Assembly: GCF_009914755.1 (NCBI RefSeq)
Contig: NC_060939.1
From: the human T2T-CHM13v2.0 reference genome, Homo sapiens
DNA: 64,000 bases
Direction: 5' to 3' (one strand)
Both the position numbers and the translations under genes were made by a program. The notes beneath the pieces are model-generated. The model searched no databases. It was not told the DNA's origin and saw nothing but the letters and a program-made list of their open reading frames with translations. Shown piece after piece: positions 1-19,162 of this stretch; within the stretch, counting starts at the first letter, position 1; each line of letters begins with the position of its first letter.

Positions 1-150
1 AGTTCTAATGTTCAGTAGCAGAATAGGGTAACTATAGTTAACAACAGTGTATTGTATATTTTAAAATAGCCAGAAGAGAGGACTTGAAATGTTCCCAACA
101 CATAGAAATGATAAATATTGAAGGTAATGGAACCCCAAATACCCTGACTG
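1..150 (+). mobile_element. Old L1 (L1MA/L1MB-type) 3' end fragment
   Basis: Matches remembered L1M 3' UTR text (gtaactatagttaacaac...gtattgtatatttt aaaatagc..gaagagaggacttgaaatgttcccaacaca.agaaatgataaat). Subfamily not resolved. Confidence 0.65.
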
Positions 151-307
151 TGTTTCCATTATGTCCTGTGCATCTGATGGGGATGATGAGAGGATAAATG
201 AGGTTATTTGGGTAAAGTGTTTTATAACCCTTTTACCAAAGAATTTATGCTTTGGCTTTCTTTACAAGAAGAGTGTGATATAAGCTGATTGTTACTTATA
301 TTCTTAG

Positions 308-525
308 GTGTATAGAAATGAAAGAAGTAGCTTTTCCTCCTTCGACTTCTTGGCAGAAGATGCCTCCACTTTAATAGTAGGACACTGGGATGGAAATATG
401 TCACTGGTGGATAGACGGACACCTGGAACTTCTTATGAGAAACTTACCAGTTCTTCTATGGGAAAAATAAGAACTGTTCATGTCCACCCAGTGCATAGAC
501 AGTATTTTATCACTGCCGGATTGAG
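308..525 (+). CDS. WDR76: WDR76 internal coding exon (VYRNE...TAGLR)
   Basis: ttcttag|GTG acceptor and GAG|gtatgg donor; 218 nt; WD40 text (LIVGHWDGNMSLVD); in frame with the next exon. Confidence 0.95.
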
Positions 526-889
526 GTATGGTCTTTATAAGACTTTATGACTTAGACCTTTTAATGTCACAATTACATGGTTTAGTTTGGTTGTCAAAGA
601 TATTGTAATACAATATTACAAAAGGTATTACTTTTGTAATACCCAAAGGCCAAGTAATTTTCCTTTCTATACTGATTGAGACTTGAGTGATTTTTTTTGA
701 AAATGAAAAATTCTTTTAGATTTGATAAATAGTGAAAAAGCTGAAAGAAATTTTTGTTTTCCTTGGCATTATATGCATTCGCCTCTTATGAGAAGAAAAT
801 TTAAATTTCACAGAAAAAAAAGTTACATGTGACCTATAACTTGTTGGCCTGTGTTAACTTTTTTCTAGGAAGGATTGAAAAACCAACTA

Positions 890-1206
<317 letters not shown>

Positions 1207-1323
1207 GTCTTTCTGTACACACTGGATCCAAGTATCTGCTATAGTTTTGAGATGTGTCTAGTATTGTACTTGTTATCTATACCAGTTTTGGGGAAATTAA
1301 TAAGAGTATTAGAGGGTTCTGTC

Positions 1324-1919
<596 letters not shown>

Positions 1920-2031
1920 TAAATGTTCTTCAGTATAGCAAGTATGTGAGTGTCTAACTTATGTTTAGCCCTGTTGTAGAGGTTCATTACATGTACTATG
2001 GCAACATTGATCATTGTTTCTCCCATTACAG

Positions 2032-2184
2032 GGATACTCATATTTATGATGCAAGGCGATTGAATTCCAGGAGAAGTCAGCCTTTGATTTCTTTGACTGA
2101 ACATACAAAGAGCATTGCTTCCGCCTATTTTTCACCTCTTACTGGTAACAGAGTGGTGACCACATGTGCTGATTGTAATCTGAG
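2032..2184 (+). CDS. WDR76: WDR76 coding exon (RDTHIYD...DCNLR)
   Basis: cccattacag|G acceptor, GAG|gtaaat donor; 153 nt, phase 2-2; WD40 repeat (EHTKSIASAYFSP). Confidence 0.95.
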
Positions 2185-3328
2185 GTAAATTGGGAAGGCA
2201 GAAATGTTTTTAGGGAATCTAAAGAGTCTATAGCTACTGTGTCAGTAAACCAAAAGCTTTGTTTACTGCTGTTCCCTATTAAATTGCTAGTGTTATTGTT
2301 TAGTAGTCATATGTAGGTTCCTAAAGACTGGTGACCTGTATTTAATGGCTTTTCAGCGGTTTTTGGGTCCTGGAAATTTCCTTGAGACTGGCAAAGGTCC
2401 GTAGGTACCCTGGGGGGTTTATGGTCTGGCTTCCCTTTAAGCACTGAAGAATCCCAGAAACCAGGCTGTGTAGTATCCTGAAAAGGAGATAATTTTAGCA
2501 TACTTTGGGGTCAGTGGGATCTATTCTGCAAGTGAAGTGCTGAATGGAAATTGCAGAGCCCCAGACCATGGGCAGACAGAAAAGAGCAAAAACTGGGATT
2601 CTATACAAACTATTGGATATGGTTTTATAGTTCTAGGGTTTTAGCTTTAGTACCTTCCTATAGCTACTTCCTAAAAATGGATTTAAAGTGTAATATAAAC
2701 CAATCGAACAAAAAACAGAAAACAGTGTCAATAAAGATGTCGGGAACATTAGTGTAATCACAAAGGAAAATTATTTTGTTCTCTTTTAGAATCCCTGATT
2801 TTGCTTAAAATTTCAAGCATTTTCAGTTTATGAGAGTTTTACCTTAAGTGATTTTGGAATTCATATATTATTCAGTTGAATGTATACTGTTCACCAGGCT
2901 CCAGAATGGCACCCAGTTTCTGTTTAAACCCACCTGATGGGAAGAGCGTGGTCTGCAGTGTGTGACAGGTGTCTAGTTAGTTTCTAGCAAAGTCTGTGAG
3001 TATTAACCAGGTGTTGTAGGAAGAGAGTCACCCGGGAATGGTAGGCCAGGATCCCGTTTCCACTCATGTAGTTTCCTTTGTCTCAAAAGCTGCTTATTCT
3101 GTTCCTGTTCGTTTACACTGCAGTTTACTCTTGTTACATTAACTATTAGTGGTTTGGCTTTCTACTAATCTATTTAGGCAATAAACTCTAGTGCCAGCAA
3201 ACCACACTAGAAAAGCTAGGCACAAGGAGAAGAGAAGGAGGTGGTGATGCTGTTAGTTTCCTTCTGCTGTAGTGCTCAGTGGAGGCTTCTAGACTCCTCT
3301 CCAACTGCTGTATAAAAATTCCTCTCTT

Positions 3329-3620
3329 TGGCCAGGTGCAGTGGCTTAGGCCTATAATCCCAGCATTTCGGGAGGCTGAGGTGGGAGGATCACTTGAGCC
3401 CAGGAGTTCGAGACCAGCCTGGGCACCAAGGAGAGACCCTGTCTCTACAGAAAAAATTAGCCAGATATGGTAGTGTGTACTTGTAGTCCCAGCTACTTGG
3501 GAGGCTGAGGCGGGAGGATCACTTGAGCCTAGGAGGTTGAGGCTTTAGTGAGCTGTGACGGTGCCATTGCACTTCAGCCTGGGCATCAGAATGAGACGTT
3601 GTCTCTTGAAAACCAAAACA
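3329..3620 (+). mobile_element. Alu (J-type)
   Basis: Alu consensus with J-like ggatcacttgagccc in both arms. Confidence 0.85.
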
Positions 3621-3857
3621 CAACTCCTCTCCTTTGTTGCTGGTTGGTCTTAGTCTGGAAATGACACTATCAGGCCTTCAGCTGATGAGTCTCAGGGAAA
3701 CTGCTCTTGATACACAGATGTACTTTTAGGTGATTTGTACATTTTCAGGCCACATCCTTTATGTCCCATATTTTTGTGAATTTTGTATATAGTTTTACAG
3801 TTCAGATGATCGCTTTAGAATGGGCATTTTATTTCTATTCATTTATCATTATTGATG

Positions 3858-4168
3858 TTTTTTTAGAGACAGTATCTCTTTGTTGCCCAGGCTGGAGTGC
3901 AGTGGCATGATCATGGCTCACTACAACCCTGACGTGCTGGGCTCCAGCCAACTTACGGGCTCTAGCAATCTTACGGCCTCAGCTTCCCAAGTAGCTGGGT
4001 CTAGAGGCATGTGCCACCATACCTAGCTATTTTTTTTTAAATTTTTTTTTGTAGTGATAGGGTCTCACTATATTGCCCAGGCTGGTCTCAAACTCCTGGC
4101 TTCAAGTGATCCTCCCACCTTGGCCTCAAAGTGCTGAGATTACAGGCATGAGCCACAACACTCAGCCA
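3858..4168 (-). mobile_element. Alu (J-type)
   Basis: Diverged reverse Alu. Confidence 0.85.
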
Positions 4169-4271
4169 AATGATTTCTACGCTAAACTATAAGCACTGAC
4201 TTATTTTATAAAACGTCTTGTAACTTTTGTTTAGTATCTTGACCAAGATTTGTTAGCGCCTGATCTTACTC

Positions 4272-4558
4272 TTTTTTTTTTTTTTTTTTTTTTTTTTGTA
4301 GACAAGGTTCTCGCTCTGTTGCTCAGGCTGGAGTGCAGTAGAGTGATCATAGCTTAGTGTAATCTCAAACTCCTGGGCTCAAGTGATCTTCTCACCTCAG
4401 CCTCCTGAGTAGCTCGGACTACAGGCATGTGCCCCATGCCCAGCTAATTTTTAAATTTTTTGTACAGATGGGTCTCACTGTATTGCCCAGGTTGGTCTCA
4501 AACTCTTGGCCTCAGGTGATCCTCCTGTGGATTACAGGCATGGGCCTCTAAACCCGGC
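4272..4558 (-). mobile_element. Alu (J-type)
   Basis: Long T tail; flanked by cctgatc(t/c)tac direct repeats. Confidence 0.85.
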
Positions 4559-4693
4559 CTGATCCTACATATTTTTAAGTGACAGTTATATATTTCATAC
4601 CATGAATTAATGAGAAGCTTGTTAAATACACTGATATTTATTTCAGAAAGTTTTTAAGTAACAAAAGAATGTCTTACTCTCTTTATTTTGCAG

Positions 4694-4747
4694 AATTTTT
4701 GACAGCAGCTGTATATCTTCTAAGATTCCGCTCCTCACCACCATCAG
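4694..4747 (+). CDS. WDR76: WDR76 54-nt coding exon (RIFDSSCISSKIPLLTTIR), absent from ORF track
   Basis: ttattttgcag|A acceptor, CAG|gtaggc donor; phase 2-2; completes the WD motif LR-IFD and keeps frame to the last exon. Confidence 0.92.
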
Positions 4748-5180
4748 GTAGGCTTCTATATGCCAAATAATGTAGATGTGGATTACTATGAACTATTTGT
4801 TGCAGTGCATACATTAGACATCTGATTGTCAAAGAGATGTAATAGTCCTGATTTTTGAATACAAAAATTATAAGTGTCCCAGTTTGCTAGTTCCTATCCA
4901 GAAGGGTTCTTGCTTCCAGGTTCCCTGTGTCTGTAGAGGTTCAGTCTCTTGTAGTCAGTAGCTGTTCTCTGCAGGTGGGAGGTTATTTTTGGTTAAGGTT
5001 AATGACTTTATTCTGAACTGAATTACTCATGTTATCTTATTAAAGAAGACTGTAACTACTCACTTGCTGATGAGGCTGTCTGAAGGTCTGTTTATTTGTG
5101 TCTGTTTATTCTGGGCCTTGAGGGCTTCCCCATCTTCCCACTTCATTTCTTTGATTATACTCTTGCATCAACTACTTTGA

Positions 5181-5495
<315 letters not shown>

Positions 5496-5582
5496 CTTGT
5501 ATGTGTGTATTTTACATCAAACTTTACTCAATGCCTTCTCCTTGATATTCCTCTTTGTCACTATTTATGAAGTTGCGAATAG

Positions 5583-6598
<1,016 letters not shown>

Positions 6599-6599
6599 T

Positions 6600-9064
<2,465 letters not shown>

Positions 9065-9488
9065 ATATTATGTATATTTTTAAAAAATTTATGTAGGGTG
9101 ACTATTCTAGGGGGTAAGAATTTTCATTAATGATGGGGTCATTTAAGTGGCAGTGGGAAATGTGTAGTCCATACTTTAATGAAAAAGGATTGTTAGTGAT
9201 ATTAAGGCAAAAAGACTAAAAGGGCAGTACTTCTGTTTTTGCTTTTGGGAACTATAAAGGGCTCCATATGTTTTATTTTGGGAGATTTTTAGATGAGGAG
9301 GATATCGTCTCTGTCCAGAGGTTCAGTCCTGTAAGGATGAGGTAAGGTTGGTGGTAACTCAGTAACTTAATGAGAAGAAACTTGGCAGAGAAAACTAGCA
9401 TTTAGGAGCAATGCCGTCTTTACCCTCTGCCCAATGCTACCTTATTTAACCTTACTTCATTTAAAAAATATATTGTTTTCCTCACTAG

Positions 9489-9753
9489 GCACAACACTTT
9501 CACTGGGCGATGGCTGACCAGGTTCCAAGCCATGTGGGATCCTAAACAAGAAGACTGTGTCATAGTTGGCAGCATGGCCCATCCACGACGGGTAGAAATC
9601 TTCCATGAGACAGGAAAGAGGGTGCATTCGTTTGGTGGAGAATACCTTGTCTCTGTGTGTTCCATCAATGCCATGCACCCAACTCGGTATATTTTGGCTG
9701 GAGGTAATTCCAGCGGGAAGATACATGTTTTTATGAATGAAAAAAGCTGCTGA
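9489..9753 (+). CDS. WDR76: WDR76 last coding exon (RHNTFTGRWLT...FMNEKSC*)
   Basis: ttttcctcactag|G acceptor; HNxxTGRWLTxFxAxW motif typical of the WDR76/Cmr1/DDB2-like group; TGA at 9751-9753. Confidence 0.95.
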
Positions 9754-9983
9754 GTTTTTGGTTTAGGAACATCAATTTGTTCAAATTGACCACTGTCTAA
9801 GGAGCCTAGTAATCGGCGTGCCTTAGTGTGTTTATGTGGTAATGTGTTACATTTAGCAATTATAACATTGTTTTATTAATAAGACTATAAGAAGAGTGTA
9901 CTTTTAGTAAGGGAGAAGTCTTGGAGGGTTGCTTCTGCAGGACGGGGAGGGAATTTGAGGGGAGGCTGAGGTGCCGTCAGGAC

Positions 9984-10287
<304 letters not shown>

Positions 10288-11751
10288 ATCAGAACTTGTA
10301 ATCAAGACAGTATGTTGAGAAATTCTAACATTATAAATTACAAAGCTTTGACTATTAAAGTTTTTGTGATCTAATGATACAGTTTTGATTCTATAGTAAT
10401 TTGTGGCTTATTTTATAGTTTATAATGAATACTTATTTCTAGACTCATACACTGGAAGGGGACCCGGAAAGGTAATGTAACTCAGTGATTTTAAAACTTG
10501 ATTTTTTTAACTGAGAACTTTTTTTGCCCCCTGCCTGTAGGTTAAGTCTTACGTGAAATGCCAAGATAATTGCTGAGCAGCTTTGGTTACCCAGGGCGGG
10601 GTCTGGGTCTGTCTGTACTTTGCCTTTACTCTAGATGGCTCCTGAGACACAGGCAGGACTCCCAAGCACCGGGTTGGGATCTGCCCTGGTCCCGGCATTC
10701 CAGTATAAGATTGCCTCAGACCTGTGTTTTTCAGACTGGGTTTTTGCTCTTCACATGAAATCAAGTTAGATGACAATGACTGGTGTTGAAAAAAATGAAA
10801 AGGAAAGAATTTGTAAAGAACAGAAAATATATTTGAGTAAGTATTGTTTGGTAAAACTTAGTTACATATGCATATATATTTGTTAGGTATATATGTTTAT
10901 GTGTATTCTGATGTAAAATATATATATATATATATTTTATTACTATAGTACCATGGGTAATGGATAAAGAAGTTAAAGCTACTGCTTAGAATGAAGAAGG
11001 CCCCAGGCTTACCTGTCCCGATCTTTAAACTGTCCGAAGGAAATTCAATAGCCTGTTAAGTGAATACCTTCATTCTTACTTGTATTTGGGGGAATATTAT
11101 GAAATACTCACCACTTTTGGTATTTTATGAAAATGTTTTCTTTTCAGAAGTTATGGTAATTTCAATGTGTTTGTTGTTGGGAGGGGAGCTGCCAAATCAG
11201 TTACTAATATTACTGTGTGACATCTATCCAACTTTTTTCATTATTCTTCATTGCCAAATACTGAAAGACTTGTAAATGGCTTTGGCAATATGTTTGAATT
11301 CTAAGAGGAAATATTTTCCCATAATTGTATATCAGAGAAATATAGTGATATACAATTTCCTTGAAAACCAATTTCTAAATAATTTTCTTCTCTGTAATCT
11401 AAGTGTAAAAAGGTTTAGTTTTTTAATAGGTTTAGGTGTTTATAAGCAATAGTTCTCTATTTTCTAGTTGATATAAGTAGAAGAATTGACAAGTGAGATG
11501 GAAATGTTAATTTATAAAGGGAAAGAAAAGCTAGGTGAGGTTGAGTTATAATTAAACTGTTCAGGAAACATCGTAAAGGCTTTAGGCTCCCTTTTTCATT
11601 TCTATACCAATTAATCTCATGGGTTCTAGAGTGGTTAGTTCTACGGGAATTGTTTTTGTTTTTGTTTTTAAAGATGCTGAAAACTACTCTCAATCAAATT
11701 AGTACCATCATTTAAGCTTTGAATACTTGGCAGTAATTGCCTGGGCTCGTC

Positions 11752-11757
11752 AATAAA
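11752..11757 (+). terminator. WDR76 poly(A) signal
   Basis: AATAAA with a downstream U/GU-rich tract (ttttgtggtttcttt, about 11785). Confidence 0.75.
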
Positions 11758-13548
11758 TGTTAGCAAATTCTTGATGTTCCTCACTTTTGTGGTTTCTTTT
11801 GCCATTGTGGCTTCATAAACAGTGCTATTTATATTCAGTTATACTTTATAGAGTTATATCTTCAGGCAGTGCAGGAAGGAAGGAGAATGAGTAGGGACTT
11901 TTTTTTTTTTTTATTGGTGATAAGCTTTCTAATGGAGTAATTGTTTAAATCTAGACAGCACATAAAAGAAAATTGTCTCCCTTGGGACATTCTTACACTG
12001 TAATCTGTAGTGAAAGGTACTTCTCCCACAGACTTGCCTACAGCTGTGTGGCTTCTGTAATTATGTGTGTATTATGATTGCCTCCTTCGGGATAAGCCTT
12101 TTCTGTAAGTTTGGCCTTTATGATATCTCTTAAGCTCTGAATTCCGCTTGAGTTTTTTTTTTTTTTTTTTTTTAAGATACCCAGGCTTTTGTTATGTAAC
12201 TTTTAAGGAAGGAGCAGACAATTCTCATTTTTGGTTGTCAGAGACTTTGTCAGACTAGGAGAGACCACAAATGATTAGGAATTAATAGAATCTGAGTTGC
12301 TTAAGTCCTATTTTAGTATTCTGGTCTTTGAGCTTCCTTTCCACCAAGAAGATTTTGCAAGGGGAGTTCTCCAGGAAAACAGGGAGCCTTAGGGCTATGG
12401 ATACAAGGATTTAAATCCTTTCAGCTAATGTACAGTACATGGGGTAGGGTGGGGGAGAAGACACACATGCCTTCTGAATCAATCTGAGAAGAGGAAATAT
12501 ATGCCCTCTAACTTCAGATTCCAAAAACTTCAATGTCCTATTGGGCGGTCCTTTCTGACTTAGTACATTTCCCCCTGCTTTTTAGTAGGGTGTTGATGGC
12601 TAGAAATAACAAGACAGCAGATTGTATTTTGACTTATTTGGCTGTAAATACTTGGATTTTCAAATGAAAAGGTAGAATTTATGAGGAAGATAACATTTAG
12701 TACACTTACACGGAGCTGAAGAACAAAACATTTTATGATACATTTTCCCCAAAATGGAAACTGGGCAAGAGGAAATTTATTAAAAGGGTGCTTTGCTTGT
12801 TTTACTCCATTCCATCAGCAGGTCGTAGGGGTCTGAAGAGGAAGCCTGTTCATGAGCTAAAACCAAAAGTGTGTTCAGGTGCAGAGGAGCTAGATTGTGC
12901 TAGAGGAACCCAAAGCAGAGGGAGTAGGGACTAGAGTCCTACAGGGGTGTGTGCACAGGTAGTTCTTGATAAGCTGTCAGCAGAAGGGAGGCTGCTGTGA
13001 ATCGGCAGGGCCACGGGAAGCCACCCAGGTCCAGTGTTTCTTGTGCTTTTTACTCTTTGGATCACTTCAAGCAAAATCTTATGTCATAAAAACAAAAAAT
13101 TCCGCTGGGGATAGGGTGCTAGATAGCATTTTTTAGGTAGTGGGTACCTCTGAAATTTGGAGGTAACATAGCCTGATTGGTGTTTAGGAGGATGATCTGG
13201 CAACAGAAATGGGAGAGTGGAGGGCAGGCAGAATTGAAAAGACAAAGATTAGGTAAGAAGCTAGCACAGTGGACCAAGCCCCCATTATCACCTCTTATCC
13301 TCATGGAATTTAGAAGACCATTTCCAATTCCGTAGCCACAGAGTGATGGTTACATAATCAGATGAGATAATGCTATAGGGATATATTTTGTAAATATGTG
13401 GTGGTGGTATCATTGTAGTTCCTTCTTAGAAAGTATTTTCTGTGCTCCCACTTACTCCAGGCTTGAGTAAGAACAGCAGACCAGAAGGTGGACAATCTGG
13501 GTTCTAGTTTGGACTCTACCACTATGTAATCTTGGGAAAATCACTTAG

Positions 13549-13921
<373 letters not shown>

Positions 13922-14136
13922 GCTTCTCAGTTTCTAACAGTATTTATCTGGGGGTAAGGACAAGGATAATAGGTGGATACAAGCAAAATAATTATGTTAT
14001 ATGATCCAAGTGAATAGTAGTCAGCTGTGTAAATCCCACCAGTATCCTTTTATCTATGTGTTAGTAACTTTAAGGGAGGAAAAGTAAGACAGGCTATTAT
14101 TAAAGAAAGAGCCCACTCTTCCATGATATTTAAATA

Positions 14137-14142
14137 TTTATT
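14137..14142 (-). terminator. FRMD5 distal poly(A) signal
   Basis: AATAAA on the minus strand followed by GU/U-rich gtgggctctttcttt. Confidence 0.65.
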
Positions 14143-15329
14143 TAAGTTTAAAAATAATCTTCATGGCACCAATGATTTTATGCTAACTACATACTGCATA
14201 TGTAGAAAAAAGTACATTGCTTTGAAGGAAAATGTAACTTAAGAGTTTTTGGCACACAGAAGGTTAACAACTATATATTTTTAAATGTATCTAAGAAATT
14301 CACATTTGCAGGTAGTTTACCCTCTACTGCTTAAAGATGCAGTATGCTATTCTTTAGTAAGAGTTTTATTTCCTGATAGATGAAGCTATGAAAACCATTG
14401 CTTTTTCTACAATGAGATAAACTAATTTTGAGAGAAAATGAGAGACATGTTAGAACACAGTATAACCAGGTTAAAAACTTGAACAATTTTTAAAGGTGGA
14501 GATATACCAAAAAAGACTAGTCACCAATCAAAGGAGGTTTATTATTCAAGCACTATTTGAAAAGCAAACTGAAGGAAACTTTTCTATCCATATTTTCTGG
14601 GATGAGCCCTGGAAAAAAACAACCCTAAAGTTTCTGTTTACAGAGCAAAATTTAGCTGTTAGAAATGGCATAGACTACTGTACTGTTAGAACTCTAGACA
14701 CAAGGAACATACTAGGATATGGAATACTGCATCTGTCTCTAATGTGAATATGAAAGGTCAGAGTTGAGGCTATCACTCACTGCATAGAAACACCAGATTC
14801 TACAAACTGAGGTAGGAGCACTACACTAAAAGGTAATCTTCTATGTTGCATAAGACAGTAGATACCAGGTGGACACCAGCCCCCTGTCTCCTGACAGCCT
14901 TTTCATCTCTGGGTCTACTTTTCACGTTAGTCCTGTGCTAAATAAAGCCTTTGCTATGTAGATGACAAGTGGCAGTGGCTAGTTGATTTTAACTGACCCC
15001 TAATCTCTACTAGGATCTCCTTCGGTTTGTATTGTCACTCGATAAATAGATGTTTATAATTCTGCCTAAATTGTTGCTGGTATGAAAATGGTCAGAGAAG
15101 CCCTCTTCCCTTCTTAGATTCCAGCTGTGTTTTAGCATTCCAGTATTTGATCTTGCCCATTTGGCATCAGACATCTCTTTGCTGGTTAGTTGTTCAAGCA
15201 CCCTTTAAACAAGCAACCCTAGTGCCTCCACTGGGAAGAGGTCCCAGATCTTTGATACATGTCAGGCATGGAAACAGAGCTGACTGACCCTCTTCTGCTA
15301 ACATACTGGTAAGGATCAGTTTTATTGTC

Positions 15330-15545
15330 TAGAGCAGGATTGGCGTATTATGGCCTGTAGGCTAAATTCAGCTCACTGTTTTCATAAAGTTTTATTGGAA
15401 CACAGCCATGTTCCTTCATTTACAAATTATCTGTGGCTGTTTTTGTGCTGTGATGGCAGAATTGAGCAGTTGTGACACAGTATGGCGTGCTAAACCAAAA
15501 TATTTACTGTGTAGCACTTGACATAAGTTGATTGACCTCTGGTCC
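15330..15545. mobile_element. MER58-like hAT DNA transposon fossil
   Basis: aaagttttattggaacacagccatg...ggcagaattgagcagttgtgac...aaaatatttact core. Confidence 0.7.
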
Positions 15546-16507
15546 AGATGAAAGGATGTCTTTAAAATTATGCAAATCTCTCCCTAAGAACCCCAATTAT
15601 TCCACAGTTGTCATATTGTAAACATGGACATGGTTCTACCATCTCGGGGGACAAAATAGGGGAGGTCAAGTCTACAAGTGACTTGTTCTGTTCTGCGTTT
15701 GGGGCTGTCCAATTAGGGTATCAGCAGCTGCTCTACTTTTGTGTGGGTCCAGGAATATGTCCATTGACCACCCTTAAATAAGCCCTCAAGCCCCAGATGA
15801 CTTAGAAATCTCTCCCTGAGATGAAAACAGGATCTTGTGTGTGATTGGTTTTAGAGTTGAAGAGCTTGGGCCTAGGATCCCACACTCGCCCTTCATATGC
15901 CTGTGCTGCGTGCTTCGAGGACTTCCCTCTGCAAGGATGGTGATGCTTTCCTAGAACTTATGCAGAGGATGACCCTAGGGGGCAGCATTTCTACATCTAA
16001 GTGTTGGTCTCTGCCACGGTCACATTCTGTGTTTTGTAGGCATCTCTTAGAAATCTATTTTAAAAGATTCTTTTCCTGGTCCCTTCTAAGGCTGTTGATC
16101 TTGGAATTCTATTTTCTGAAGCTTTTCATTCTCAGGATCAGTTTCTTTCTTGCATCGTTTAGTTCATCAGGCTCTATTTTCTTAATCCATAAAGTAAAAA
16201 CAAAATATGAATTGTTAAGAAAATAACATTTCGTTGTTAAAATATAAATTGAAATAGTCTTTGGGTCAAGGGGGTGTATATAAAATAAGCACTGCTATCC
16301 AAATCTCAACAGTCTCTCAGGTAACTTAACTCTGCTTTCTCTTAACTACACTTTGTCCAACATTTCTGACAGAACTATCTATCTCTGGTACCACTGAATT
16401 CGTTTAACGCCCCTGGAGCACTATAAAAGTCTTGAGGTTCTTCGGAAAAAAAAAATCACGTTAAGTCTAGTTTCATTATACAAAACTATGGTGATGCCCA
16501 CTAGGCT

Positions 16508-16582
16508 CTAGACTAAGGGGACAGACTTACCCCACCCCTGATGCTGCTGTTGCTGTAGCGGTGGTCCCTTCAGATGCCCACT
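16508..16582 (-). CDS. FRMD5: Candidate alternative FRMD5 terminal coding exon (SGHLKGPPLQQQQHQGWGKSVPLV*)
   Basis: Long pyrimidine tract plus gagcag| acceptor; phase 0, in frame with the in-exon donor at 17478; TAG at 16510-16508. Confidence 0.6.
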   Translation of the reverse strand, partial: SGHLKGPPLQQQQHQGWGKSVPLV

Positions 16583-16911
16583 CTGCTCAGATTTGAAAAA
16601 ACAAAAGGAAAAGAAAATCCAACTCAGACCATCATAAGAAGCAACTTTCCATTTAATCATTCTACATGGATGTTTACTTTTTTAAAAGTTCTGGCTGGCA
16701 AAAAAAACAAACAAAAAACTAAACAGTCCCCATTGTCCAGATCCCTGGCCTGCCCTGCTGAGGCTGCAGTGATGAGTCTACTGGAACCCAGTGGCACCAG
16801 CAGGAAAAGCTCCTGCAGAATACAGAGGACAGCAGCTCTCTAGTTTTCAACTAGTGTCCCCTCTGCTAGGTGATACTACTGCAATAATCAGTAATAGTAA
16901 AATAAATTATT

Positions 16912-16917
16912 TTTATT
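16912..16917 (-). terminator. Candidate proximal FRMD5 poly(A) signal
   Basis: AATAAA on the minus strand in an AU-rich context, about 330 nt after the stop. Confidence 0.5.
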
Positions 16918-17244
16918 TGATACTTCAAAATAATATACATCTATGAAAAATCAAAATTCAAAACCAAAAATTATCCTGCAAATTGGAAAGATGAGAAACA
17001 GAGTCGCTGAGCCTTTCTTGAAATAACTTCTGAAGAAAATGAGTTTTCCCAGTTTGTTTAGACAGGGCATGAGCCTATCCCTTTCTTCTTCTGGGAAACA
17101 CCCTCCTAGGCTGCAGTGGACTTTGAGTCATGAGAGGAGGACTTGGTATATGTGCCGATGGTTCCGCGATGGGTCCCATTGCTGGGAATGGGTAGCCGGG
17201 TTCCTTGGTCCACCTGGCTAGTTTTTGGGAGGAGTCATGCCTTC

Positions 17245-18760
<1,516 letters not shown>

Positions 18761-18849
18761 AAACAAGAGAAGGCACAGAAATCACAGTGGCCATTTTAGA
18801 AGAGTTTTTCTTTGCTTTTTGCTTACGGTTTTGGCCTAGTTTGTGTGTG

Positions 18850-19111
18850 TTTTGAGATGGAGTCTTACTCTGTCGCCCAGGTTGGAATGCAGTGGTGCAA
18901 TCTCAGCTCACTACAACTTCTGCCTCCCGGGTTCCAGCGATTCTTGTGTCTCAGCCTTCTGAGTAGCTGGGAATACAGGTGTCTGCCACCACACCCAGCT
19001 AATTTTTTTATTTTGAGTAGAGACGGGGTTTTGCCATTTTGGCCAGGCTGGTCTAGAACTCCTGGCCTCCCAAAGTGCTGGGATTATAGGTGTGAGCCAC
19101 CGCACCCAGCC
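18850..19111 (-). mobile_element. Alu with left-arm deletion
   Basis: Reverse Alu text. Confidence 0.85.
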
Positions 19112-19162
19112 CCTAATTTGTTAAAGATTCTGCCTTTCTTGCCTTTGGTGTCCTGGGCCTAG

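Larger units (their letters stand above)
14120..17244 (-). other. FRMD5: FRMD5 long 3' UTR
   Basis: Between stop at 17245 and the distal AATAAA; free of Alus, unlike its surroundings. Confidence 0.65.

Noticed and set aside
9871-9890. Possible proximal WDR76 poly(A) signal before the Alu
   Set aside because: Only non-canonical hexamers are present, and the nearby T-run belongs to the Alu.
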